Shown: one piece after another, positions 37,949 to 49,974 of the stretch
Position numbering within the stretch: the first letter of the stretch is position 1
How the letters are laid out: each line of letters starts with the position of its first letter
Source of the DNA: Tubulanus polymorphus
Lineage: Eukaryota; Animalia; Nemertea
NCBI RefSeq assembly: GCF_964204645.1
Contig: NC_134028.1
Coordinates: 14,267,653-14,331,652, forward strand
Direction: 5' to 3'
Length of the DNA stretch: 64,000 nt
Notes under the pieces: model-generated
What the model saw: only the letters and a program-made list of their open reading frames with translations
What the model was told of the DNA's origin: nothing
The model's database searches: none
Translations under genes and position numbers: made by a program

Positions 37949-38730
37949 CGGTATTCGTAAAACGCCTAATGAAAAACACCGAATCGGAAAACGCATAACG
38001 CCTAATTCAAGTAACATCCAAGAAATTTACCTAAATCCCTACGTGAACTATGTACGCAACGCTACATAGTTCACGTCGGAGTGCGTGGAGCGCCGCCTGT
38101 TCCATCTTCGTTTCTACTGTATTTGGTTACACAGGCTTATCTGTGTTATTATTTCATATCAAGACGGAGTATTATGATAATAAAAGACATCATATTTTTA
38201 ATATCGAACATATAGTTTATAATTTTTTGTTCAAGGAAGTTCAGGGGCTGGACATTATTTAGTCTCTCATTGGTTCGGTAGGTTCACATTAGCGTGGTTG
38301 TGAACAGTTTTGGAGGATAATTTTGAGAAAGGCTATTTTATCAATCTTTGTGTGCGTTGTACCTACGAGCGTAGGTTGTACCATATTTATGCATTCCGGT
38401 TTCAAAATTCAAGAAAGCCGGTTTATAACCGCGGCGTTTGTTTTCGCGTTATCATAGAAGTGTAAACTGTTTCAGTTTACACTTCTATGGCGTTATTTAA
38501 TTAATTGCTTGCACTGCGGAAATTCTATCATCATCCTATAATGAAGTTTATAAGAGTAGTAGTCTCGTTTCGTGAAGCGTAAAACACATGTATTTTCAAA
38601 CTGTTCCGTTGATGAGTTGGATTGTGAGTCTCAGTAGATTTTGCAATTACGAAATTAGGTCATTTTCTAGGAATTAGGCGTTATGCGTTTTCCGATTCGG
38701 TGTATTTCATTAGGCGTTTTTCGAGTACCG
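37949..38730. mobile_element. 782-bp MITE, Mutator-like
   Basis: ~60-bp TIRs, CGGT..ACCG ends, 9-bp TSD CATTTTAAT (37940-37948 / 38731-38739). Confidence 0.9.
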
Positions 38731-38879
38731 CATTTTAATACTAAATTTTTTATTAAAATTGATTTTAGAAGTTCAATGATTTATATTTTATTCATATATA
38801 TGAATATTTTAAGAGTAATAGGGATAATAGGCTTTCGACCGTTCGACCTTTGGCCTGAAAGCCTATTATCCCTATTACT

Positions 38880-39357
38880 GTTGAGGACGAACAGCCACTG
38901 GAATTTCTATTACAGATTTCTCAGAATTAAGTAATCAGCACAATTTATTTCAAGTGGGTACAGTTTATTCACAGGACGGTTTGTTTTACCAGAAGCCGTT
39001 CATGTTTTAACGACTCCGATTAGTCTCTATTAAAATCCCCCGAACCAAGGTGCTCTTCGGGGAATAAATCACCACTCGGTACCTTTCGCTGCCACCTTTC
39101 GCTTGCGAATTTAACAATCTTAAAAGCTATTCTGCTGCACAGATAAATGTTGCGGCATTATCTGAAATAGCTATCCTGGAAATCGATCTACGACCGCAAA
39201 ATCTCCCAAACGCTAACAGAAACAAATCGGTATTCATTCCCTTCACAAGCTCTTAATGTATCGCTCGGGTTATACCACAAGTAAATAAACAAATATTCAC
39301 TTTCTGGTCCGATTCATCATTTTCAGATTTAGGATGCAACGCTCCTGTGAAGTCAAC
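38880..39357 (-). pseudogene. pol: BEL integrase C-terminal remnant
   Basis: VDFTGALH.. and GKTNRPVNKLYPLEI on the minus strand. Confidence 0.75.
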
Positions 39358-41426
39358 TATCATGCAGTACATTTCTTTGTTGTAATTTGGATTTTTATCG
39401 GAGCGTATATTAACGTTTCTTGTGGATGTAATATTGTTTAATAATGCTAAATATAATTCTCTTGTAAATTAATCAGCCTGATATTGATATGTGAAATGGG
39501 GCATCAACATCGATGAGTTGTTTGTATTAATTGGATTAGGTAATTAGTTGTGCTCAAAAGTAATATCAGTGTCACAAACATGTCAGTGTCAAAACATGTC
39601 AGCAGTACTCATACAGTAGTACTCTCTCCATAATATATAAACAAAAATAATGTTAAGCACACAGTTTTCTAGTTGGAGTTGTAAAATAGAAGTTGAAAAT
39701 AAATCATCTAAATTCAAGATCATGACGTTATTTCAATGATGAGAAAAGGACAAGATATTCACGTCATGACACTGGTGGAGAACCCGTGGGCAGTTGTAAA
39801 ACTGTGACTGCCCGATCCATACCTCTCGAAGCTAGAAGTTGCCCAAGTCAGGAAAATGTACCAATCACGTCAGAATAGCAGTTTCAACGGTGTATATAAC
39901 AATGGTAGAAGAACTTTCAGGAAAAAGAAGTGCTTCTCGTGTGGATTTAGAGTCTGGGATATACGGTATCACAAGGAACATCAGTGCTCAGCAAATTCCA
40001 AGAGATGTTACAATTGCAGCAAAATAGGACACTATGCCAGGGTATGTTACTCATATTGGTTTTCTCAAGGCGTGGACTGTACGAGGAAGTCAAAATTTCC
40101 GTTACAAAATTGTGTTGTTAATTGCGAACAAAATCAGACTATTGTTTCTGTTTCGAAATGTGATGCGGCAAACCAGACAAGTGAAGTTATAAAATTTGAT
40201 AAAGAAATAATGTGCCAGTCAGAGGTTTCAAATATTAGTGTTCAGACATTGCCGGTTAAACACTTCCAAAAGATTAAACATAAAGCGGTTATGTGTGACA
40301 TTGAATGCGATTGTAAATCAGTGAATCGGGAACTACAGGAACTTAAAGAAAATCAGTCGGTTTTGGAAAATAAGTTACTCGAACAACAAAATCAGTTAAA
40401 ATTTGTGGAGCAACAATTGGATAAAGCGGAAGCTGAGTTGAATTGTTATAAATCTAAGGAAGGACAATGTGCACAACCATGTAAAACAACCTCTGAATCA
40501 GACTCAGACTCCGTCCTAGAGGGATTCCCGCGTTTTGAACTTATAAATGAGTGTAATACGTTTCCTGTGTTCAAACCAAAATCTTACAAAAATATTCGAG
40601 ATATTTATGTTGAGGTGAATTTGAAGCCATTTTCAGAAGACACCGTCTCTGATCTTAGAAATGAGTATGAAATCAATTTTCCAGAATCTGAATTTGAGTT
40701 CCTGAGAGAAATGCTAACATCTCTGTCGATTTCTGATGTGATTACTGAGTTATCAGTGCAATTTGAAATTCATTCCTCTGTATTCATTGTGACGATGCCA
40801 ACCAAAAAAAGTTCATATCTATTACCAGAGGAACTCGCAATTCGTTATTTACCGAAAAATCAAAACCGTAAAATTTTCTTGGAGTACGACGTGAAACGCT
40901 ACAGAAAAATAATTCAATAATATTCGTTTTAATGATTCAAGACTAAAATATTAAACTCGTAGTGAGAAGTTCTGCCACAACTTTTGGGGCAAAAGTTTTC
41001 GAAGAAGGGAGGTGTATCATGCAGTACATTTCTTTGTTTTAATTTGGATTTTTATCGGAGTGTATATTAACGTTTCTTGTGGATGTAATATTGTTTAATA
41101 ATGCTAAATATAATTCTCTTGTAAATTAATCAGCCTGATATTGATATGTGAAATGGGGCAACAATCGATGAGTTGTTTGTACTAATTGGATTAGGTAATT
41201 AGTTGTCCTCAAAAGTAATATCAGTGTCACAAACATGTCAGTGTCAAAACATGTCAGCAGTACTCATACAGTAGTACTCTCTCCATAATATATAAACAAA
41301 AATAATGTTAAGCACACAGTTTTCTAGTTGGAGTTGTAAAATAGAAGTTGAAAATAAATCATCTAAATTCAAGATCATGACGTTATTTCAATGATGAGAA
41401 AAGGACAAGATATTCACGTCATGACA
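39358..41426 (+). mobile_element. Non-autonomous gag-only LTR retrotransposon
   Basis: Near-identical LTRs 39358-39771 and 41015-41426, PBS TGGTGGAGA (tRNA-Ala-like) at 39773, PPT gaagaagggaggtg. Confidence 0.88.
39856..40920 (+). CDS. Gag-like zinc-knuckle/coiled-coil protein
   Basis: CYNCSKIGHYARVC CCHC knuckle; sole ORF between PBS and PPT. Confidence 0.7.
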   Translation: MYQSRQNSSFNGVYNNGRRTFRKKKCFSCGFRVWDIRYHKEHQCSANSKRCYNCSKIGHYARVCYSYWFSQGVDCTRKSKFPLQNCVVNCEQNQTIVSVSKCDAANQTSEVIKFDKEIMCQSEVSNISVQTLPVKHFQKIKHKAVMCDIECDCKSVNRELQELKENQSVLENKLLEQQNQLKFVEQQLDKAEAELNCYKSKEGQCAQPCKTTSESDSDSVLEGFPRFELINECNTFPVFKPKSYKNIRDIYVEVNLKPFSEDTVSDLRNEYEINFPESEFEFLREMLTSLSISDVITELSVQFEIHSSVFIVTMPTKKSSYLLPEELAIRYLPKNQNRKIFLEYDVKRYRKIIQ

Positions 41427-41449
41427 CTATACTCATGACACTATACTAA

Positions 41450-41917
41450 TAAGGTTAGAAAAGGTGCAGTGAAGTTATTGAAATATAAGATCCTGAAGAT
41501 CGCCCTGATCATTTGATAGATGACGATATTCAGATAACGCCTACTCAAGCACCAACAAGTGACATTACGCAGCTAGACAAGGTAGTTGATGGCACCCCAA
41601 TTACTAATACTGATATATCAATGGGTGGCAAGCAGGTTGTTACAACGAAACCTATTAATGATAATCCTAATGGGCATGTTGACAAAGCCGACTTGCCTCT
41701 TAAATTTCCAGGACAGATCGATGCCTTAATATCATACAAATGTGTCGGTGGCAAAAAGATTTGGAAAGTACGATACGCAGGTATACCCGGTAGACATGAA
41801 GTTGATGGTGTATCAATTCCTGCCCACCTAATTCGATCATTTCACATAGCAAGGAGGGCAGATGGTCGTAAGCGTCGACGCCCCTATGTACAGAAACCAA
41901 CGCAAGCACAAGTGTAG
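41450..41917 (+). pseudogene. pol: Gypsy pol C-terminal remnant with chromodomain-like tail
   Basis: IDALISYKCVGGKKIWKVRYAG..IPAHLIRSF; lies directly upstream of env. Confidence 0.5.
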
Positions 41918-42049
41918 TTAGCCATTCAACTCTTGGATTAATTCTCAATTAGGGCCAACTATCTGTGCTAGGATTTTAGGTTAGATGCAGGGCCCGCATT
42001 CTTCCTTGATTCATTCGGTCCTAACTGAGGTTCTCTTTTTCATTTGTAG

Positions 42050-44341
42050 GATTGGCAACCACAGCGATTGTTCTGTTCCTCCTGATGGCAACCGTCAAAC
42101 CATCAAATGCCATTAGAAAATTGAATTACGGTGTTATTTTTGAAAAGCAGTCGGACTTGCACTTCAGCTCCGATGCATGGTTACACACCTACGAGTTACC
42201 GATCCCTACAATTAAGAAATACGTTCCGATCTCTAGATGCACCAATACTTCCGCGGCTTGCGAAATGTTCAATAAGGCTATAGATACAATTGATACTGAA
42301 CGAGCTCGATGTTTGAACTATATCGGTGATTTTGTCAAAACTGTTCACAAGCTGGTTCCCCATTCAGAGCAACCAACCAAAGGCAGCCGTTCTAAACGTG
42401 GACTTCTTAATTTTATCGGTGACATTTCTAAAACGCTTTTTGGCACAGCAACTTCAGACGATCTTAATAGGGTAGTAGCGAAAGTTAATTCCATCGTGTC
42501 AAAAGTTAACAGGCAACATGATGCGGTCGAACATTTGCAGGGACACATGGCATCATACATTGTAAGTGTCAATAAACGTCTAACTAATGCTATGTCGGCC
42601 ATCAAAACAACCGATCATATGATACAACAGGTACAGAATGAAGTAGAATCAATCTATAATATGGAAATGACTAGTTCACAAATGTATAATCTTCTGTTCA
42701 CTACTCTAAGTAATTCACATCTTATCACGACATCTATAAATCAGTTTCATGAAGTTATTCGCCAATTGGTTTCTGGAAAGATTCCGCCGAATCTAATCTC
42801 ACCGCATGTCTTGAAAAGGACAATAAATCATGTTCAAAAACTCGTAGCTTCTTATGGTAAGATGCATGTTGCCATTACGGACGTACACTATTATTTCTCG
42901 GAAGCTTCATTCTTTTACACTAGACGAAGGGATAGCATTTTCTTAACTATTAAGTTGCCTCTTTCATACTTTCGGTACCCTTTACAATTATTTCTAATTC
43001 AAACATTTCCCGTGCCTATCAACAGCACGTCGAATTACGGCACTAAATTAGTAAGCCATGCTGATTACCTGGCGCTTTCGAATGATAACTCTTATTATGC
43101 CCTCTTTACTACAAAAGCGAACTACTTTCTTGTGAAGCCACCAGTAGTGTCACACTAGTGTTCCTGTTAAGCCGGCCACAGCAGGATCTTGTGAATATGC
43201 TGTATTCGCAGACGATAAAATCATGGTGGAAAAGTTGTGCAGTTTCAACGTTTTACCCAATGCCATTTCTTCAAATATTCGGCCATTATAATCATCCGCC
43301 ATATTAATTACACGAGTATCGCATATCAATCTACTATGTAAAAACAAGAAAAAGCACATTATTGGATGTGACTTCTGTGAATAAAGGGTGCCTTGTGGGT
43401 GCGCCGTTACCACGGAACGTCTGGTCATTCCACCGCGTATATCAAGTTGCAATGGTTCCTCAACCGAACCATAGATACTTCACCCCGTCAATTTAGCGTT
43501 GATACAAGAATTTTTTACAACCGGTACTCATTCAACAATATTTGGTGGAACCACCTTTTCGAAACCCATAGATATGAAGTTACCAAACCTTAACATCTTC
43601 AATCATCGATTTTCTCATATTCTTGGTACAGATGACAAAATCGCTGTGAATTTGAAAGTATTGGCTAATGCAACTCGCCATGACCAATCGGTGTATCATT
43701 CACTGACTGAAGGCCTGCTGGACGGGGCTATTGCATTGCCGGCTCCATGGCCCACGTCATTAAGTGATATCATTGGATTGGCAGCGCTTCTGTTGTCCAG
43801 TGTTGTTTCCATTGTTTTATTCATTACTTGCAAAAAGCTACGCACGATCACTGTTACACTCAACACCCTAGAAAGAGTACATTCGGTTAGGGCAGCTATA
43901 CTACCTAAGTTCATTTACGACAATATTGCCACCCCACCACCGACGACGACTCCCATTAATTACTTAGGTATAAGCTCTTTGGAAATATTATTATATACCA
44001 CCATCCTTTTACAGGTTGTCATATTACTGTATAACTTTTTCAAAAAAGCATTACGTCGTGGAAATGAGACTCGTATTCTTTCGGAGGTTACATGTGGCTC
44101 TCATTGTGTTATAGTGCCACTTATGACACTATCTATGTGTCCGTCGCATTGGCACATCATACCACATATTCCTAAATATTTTAAACTATCTATATATCAA
44201 GCGTTCATATTAAAGAAAATATTGCGTCACCCGTTTGCCACGAATGTGATTATTGAGCACCATAAACGTGTAACTCCATTGATTACTGCACCACAGATGG
44301 ACCATCCTCCATCATACCCAGGCCTACCTGCCTCGGTATAA
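42050..44341 (+). pseudogene. env: Envelope fusion glycoprotein (baculovirus-F/errantivirus-like); one frameshift region, two stops
   Basis: Branch CTAAC and acceptor at 42049, signal peptide, furin RSKR followed by GLLNFIGDISKTLFGTA, heptads, Cys-rich region, TM IIGLAALLLSSVVSIVLFITC. Confidence 0.85.
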
Positions 44342-44462
44342 GTTAAGCTGTCGATGTATCCTTATTCTTTTATATACACTAAATTACTGTTATTCTATTA
44401 TCTATGTAATATCGACTTTTCAGGAGAAAAGTTTTTTTTTTAAGGTGGGGGGGGGGGGGTAG

Positions 44463-45264
44463 TATCATGCGGTACTTTACACACCCATACTTTATATATA
44501 TTTAGTCTGACTTTGGCTTATAATGTTATGTATTTGAAATAATGAAATGTCATAATTTGTCATAGTTAATGTTATATCATAAACATATATTCCATATATT
44601 GTATCTATAAACTTAGTAACAGATTGTGTCAAACATTAATTAGCACCTGCAATTACTATAATCCCACAGACCTGTGTTGCTAATTGGTGTCTGACACTCA
44701 ACAATCTAAGAGTAGTTATTCTCATATTATATTAATGCCAACATGTCTAAACTGTGAGATACATGTCTAGCAAATATTGTTTATTTAATAACTATGGCTA
44801 ATTAACTATCAAACTCATGTCTCAGCTAGTTCTCAGCAGATGGGTATAAATACCCATGGAATGGAACTGCAGTCATTCTATTCTGCTGACAATATACTAC
44901 ATGAACGAGACCTCTGAGTTGCTCTTTATTTAATTCAAGGTAAGCCATTTTTATGTCATGTGACCTGAACTCTGGAGATTGTATTAGAGGCATGTTTTGG
45001 AGAAATAATCATTTAATATATTTCTTCAAATGTGCTTTTGATGTATTATACAGAGTCAGATTTATTAGTGGTTAAATCTAGCTTTTGCTTGTAATAAAAT
45101 ATCATATTTTAAGCGTCAAATACTATTGCTTTTATAAATATTAAAAATATGTAACTTGTAATTATTATAATATTCATTCTATTCTGCTGACAATATACTA
45201 CATGAACGAGACCTCTGAGTTGCTCTTTATTTAATTCAAGGACTGAGAAAACAACGGCATCATA
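44463..45264 (+). repeat. 3' LTR of the env-bearing element
   Basis: G-rich PPT 44442-44462; TATCATGC..GCATCATA ends; TATA 44845; followed by TSD CAAC. Confidence 0.8.
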
Positions 45265-47626
45265 CAACACTTACAACATGGAAAGGAGCGCTACACGTAT
45301 CGACTGTAACGGTGCGGAATTAGGAAGTCGGAAAGGACGTCCTGTAATTAATTTACACACAACACATTTTCGTGTAACGGACTACACGAATGCACGGAAT
45401 CCAATAATCCTGTCTGATATATAAGCTATTACTTCCGCCGAACCCTCGTGCATTATCATGTTATAATGCACATGACGTATATACAATGTTGTGAAATGGT
45501 GATATTTTGACAAAAGTGCGGGGAATCGGGCTGTTTCTGATAACGCTGTGTTGTGTAGCCTCCCACCGCAGCGCAAGTTGCCTTCGGAATCAACGAACAA
45601 TCTCAACTTTTTCACTTAATTATTACGCATTTGAGAACCGCTTTTGATTGAACGTATTACATCAGCATAATCCGTTTTTGAACACTACGAGTCCATTGTT
45701 TCTTGGCTATTTCTAACTCTGATACACTAATCGTGTCGGTACTAACTACACTTATCTATATACCTATTTACAAGTACTGTGACACGTAACAGCCTAAGAA
45801 AAGAACAAAACACCCTATTTCTATAATCCTGTGTACACCTACTTCATCATTATATGACACTAAGTATTACAAGTATCAACAGAAACAATATCGTCTACCG
45901 TAGTACTATTTACAGAATTCAATTCAGGCCATCGGAAATCAGTCAACCAACCAGGGCCTTGCCACCATATATCTGAAGTTTGAAGCTGATGAGTAGAAAC
46001 ACCCCGAGTTAACAAATCAGCTGGATTAGAACTCGTAGGACAATATCTCCAACTAGACACTTTCGACAATTTCTTTATTTCGTTAACACGGTTCGCAACA
46101 AAAACAGGGAGAATTTTTCAGTTTTCAATCAGCTAAGAACAATTGTGCTATCTGACCAGAAGCAAATTTCTAGATCCAAGTCCGAAAATGAACTAATGAA
46201 AGCAGCCAAACGTGCGGCTAGTAATGCTGCAAGTAGCTCCATTTCCGGAATGGTGCGCTTCTTGATCGGTGAGACCCGATTTTTGGCTATTACGAAAGAA
46301 CAATTATTATCGCATCTCAGAAATGCGACGGTGCCATAAGCCTTGCCACTTGAGTCAGCAAACACATGCAATTGATAGGTTTTCATATTGTTATGATTAA
46401 AATACTGCCTAGAAATAGATAGTTTCATTGCTCTATGTCCATTTTCTTAAGTTAGACCCTGCTCTTGATAACAATGACCGTGACGAATGATAGTACTCTA
46501 GTAAAGTAAGTACGTCATCACATCCGGAAATGATATTATCCACGTACAAACTACGAGTCATGTCAACAGCTATTTCATTTCCGAAATGTTCTAAGTGATA
46601 TTCAAAGTAGCATTCGATATGAATGGGGAGCTTTTCGCTCCGAGTAAAACCACACAGAAATCTGTAGACATGAAAAATACTATTCTGATCTTGTGGGTTC
46701 GATAACTATAAAGATCTTACGAAATCTCGGTCTTCCGGAGGCAACAGTATCTACAGAAATGCTTTTTCAATATCGGCACAAAATCCGAATTTATAACGTC
46801 TAAAACGTAACAGAACTGATGTGAGATAATTCAGGAGGAGAGGACCTTTATGTGAGCAATCATTCAGACTGGGCTTACCGCAACTACAATCATAAACGAC
46901 TCTTAGAGGCGTAGTTGCCGAATCACGGAAGACCGGATGATGCGGTATATAATGCCAATGTTCAGGCTGTATTGTTTCAGCTACCTTTTCTATAAACCCT
47001 TTCTTCAACTAAGTTTCTATAACCGAATTGAACATTTTAAGTATATCAGGCGACAGTCTGATATACTTAACTATACTTCTTTACACAAAATTATCTGGAA
47101 GTTCCGGATGATCGATTCGCCATGGCAACTTTGCTGTATAGTGACCATCTTGAAATGAAATCGAATCTTGGCAACAGATATCGTAAAGTTACTGGTCGCT
47201 GTCAAACTCATTTGCGGCGATACCGATCGTTTCTAAGCTCCAAAACTTTTCAAGTTCTGTTTCTTACTGCACATGAGTGACCAATACGGCACTTCTGCCC
47301 TCAAAAACGCGTGATCGTGACGCAAGCCCAGATAACATGTATCTTAATTTTGAATTTCCCGCGGTTGGGCCAGGACCACGAATTACCTCATTGTTTACAA
47401 ATGACCAAAATTAGTTTGCACCTATCAAAATTGAGACTTCGAAAAACTGTGAGTCCATAGGTGCAGCTAAGGGTATGCCACGTAAATGAGGACAGTTAAG
47501 TGCGTTCGAATTCACTCTATTTATGATGGGAGAAGTATTTTCCGGGCAAACTAAAAGCTCCAAACCGATGTGATCTCCATCTATTGTTGAAATATACAAC
47601 TGCACGACATCCATTTTTTTGCTTAA

Positions 47627-48602
47627 AGAGCATATGCCATCAAAATGGAATATTGTGTAAAATTCATTTTCAAATGTGATGTATTCACAAATATCAAATA
47701 TGGAATTGGTTTGTATTTTAGTTCAGCCGTTACTGAGAAATATGACTATTAAATCAGCAATTTCAGCGCGTGCTCACTGTTATTGTTTATCTTAGCAGGT
47801 GCGTGTTTCTGACGTCATCTCTAACAAACGCTCGCGGCTTCCATTCATTTCACTAGACATTTCATGCGATATTTTATCGTTTTGGGAGTGATTTGAATTA
47901 ATAAACTCTTGCCATCGAATAGTGTCGTTACCGTTGTATATAACATGATAATCGTTTATAAGTGAGTAGCGCTGTAGGTCAGTGAATACGGTGAACAAAT
48001 GGTGTTCATTTTATCGAGTATACATGGGCTTCGCGTACTGGCCCACACACGTGCTTGTTTTGATTGTCATAGTTTGTTGAATATGAACTATACGCACGGA
48101 GTGAAGGATAAATAGATGACTATTCCGCTACCTATTACGGCTAATTCGTGTTTCTTTCTTCAATAAGTCACATCTCAGGTCGTATTCATGATAGTTGACT
48201 AGGGTTAATTAGATATACATATGTAGCATATCAAAATTCATAGACAATACGGTTCCGTACGACGAGTGCTCAGGACACATGATCTGATAGGTCAAAGTCC
48301 TGTGAACTGGTTGTATGGTCAGTACTGGCTATTGTTTTAGATTTTTCGATGACGTGGTCGTCTGGTTCTGCTGGGTATTAAACTCAGAGGCACAAGACTC
48401 TCGCTTTTTTTTGTCTAGCTCTCCTTTGCTCAGACTTTGGCAGCCATCGGTTCAAACGTTGTCTAGATCCCATGAGATCGCCTAGTTTGTTAGATTTATT
48501 TTGAAGAAGTTTCATCCGTATATAGATCATTCCGCGATCGATCATTCAGTATACTTCTGATTAGGAAATCGCGGAAAGTACAATTTTGATGGCATTTGCC
48601 CT
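47627..48602. mobile_element. Non-autonomous TTAA-specific DNA transposon (Kolobok-type)
   Basis: TIR agagcatatgccatcaaaat / attttgatggcatttgccct, TTAA on both sides; BEL frame rejoins. Confidence 0.8.
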
Positions 48603-48713
48603 TTAAAGAACGATTTCCACCGAATTTTTAATCCTAACTTGTCAGCCAATTCTGTCGTTATAAACGACCTAGTTGCCCCTTCGTCAAATAAATATCAGCC
48701 GAAAAATGGATAT

Positions 48714-49974
48714 TGATCCACAGCTAGATTTTCGTAGTATTTGAAAATGTTCGTAGTATTGAGAAATGTTCTTAATGTTGTTTCCGTATGCGTGGGGGTT
48801 ACTTTAAAGCCGTCAGACAAGAACGTACTAGTAGTAAGAATTACGAAAGTTCTTGTTTGATGCTTTCATCTACCAACGCAAACCATAAATCAGTCTATAA
48901 ACAACAATTCTTTCTCGGTTCTTCTGCTGTGAGATCTGGCAAACATTCAGAAAATCTTTATATAAAACTTTTAAATAGTTGGAACCATATTTGGTTGGGT
49001 CGGAACAATGGAGTGTATTTATAATGAGGCTCGTGAAGGGATCACGCTGATACTTGATGATATTCCCGGCTACTTTCCGTAAAAGAAAAAACCGGAAGTT
49101 TAGGAAGATGTGGTTGTTTTGCTTATCCTGTATTAAAATAGAATTAGTTAAATTGTAGATAAAATAATTAGTATAAGTATTTCAAATAATTTAAGAATTG
49201 ATAATCAATCACAATGTATTCCGAATCGTAGTTAATTATAATAATTAAAAAAGAAACAATGAATTTGTACTGTAATTAGAAAAGAAAACAAAGTTTTGAA
49301 AAGATATTTAATTTGAGTAATCTAGATGTTGTTTAAGAACAAATTGTTAATAATCGCTAATGTTTTAGAAAAATTAATTTGTGTTAAATGTTAAAACTAG
49401 CTGTCTGAAGTTTCTGTTGTCTGTATGCGCTCGTTGGTAATTCACAGACAATAGCTGCTCTCTCAACAACGACTAGCAAGGAGTGAGTAAATCATAACGC
49501 GTCATGACAGGAGGGTTGGAAGGAAAAAGTTAGTTTAGCAAATCAGTTTTGAAAATAATTTTAGATCAACGAATCATTAAGGCCAAATTCTATATGACCA
49601 AAACAGTCATGACAGTAAGGTTGCTGTTCCTTGCCAAAAGTCGAGTGGGAGAGTCGGTATTTTAAGAATGCCGATTCTTTCTATAAAAGGGACCCGCATC
49701 TTGAGAGAGCAGTCAATCGGGAGAATCTGTACCTTAGTAAGACGAGTGTCGACAGCAGGACAGGAGAAGCTTCGGAACGATAGGGATTCATATACAATAG
49801 GGATTAGGAAAATCATTCTTTGTTCAAGGTAAATGAAATATATTATCTTCAATATTATCATCCGGTATTTCAATTTATTCATTCGGATTTGTGCACGGAC
49901 ACGTTCTCTCGCCAGGGCCTTACTCAAGTATTTTATAGATAACGATTAAAGAGAGGATTGTGACCGGTGTATCA
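48714..49974 (+). mobile_element. Solo LTR (1261 bp)
   Basis: TGATCCAC..GTGTATCA ends, 4-bp TSD ATAT, TATAAAAG at 49682; splits the BEL protease (AIND|IHFSADI). Confidence 0.75.

Larger units (their letters stand above)
20216..38879 (+). mobile_element. Polinton/Maverick (adintovirus-like) copy A, near complete, ~18.7 kb
   Basis: Integrase, ATPase, MCP, penton, pPolB; inverted ends (20357-20572 vs 37830-37948 plus 38740-38836); flanks ctgttg/gttgag are compatible with a 6-bp TSD and the BEL target rejoins without loss. Confidence 0.93.

Noticed and set aside
37943-38017. N-terminal extension MLLELGVMRF.. of the 469-aa ORF
   Set aside because: Comes from the MITE TIR; the real start is MEANK at 37942
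38814-38836. Resemblance to the I-SceI site TAGGGATAACAGGGTAAT
   Set aside because: Only partial match; it is the Polinton terminal motif and varies between copies
42050-44341. env as a Polinton-captured fusogen
   Set aside because: Lies outside the Polinton terminus, within a separate LTR insertion with its own TSD
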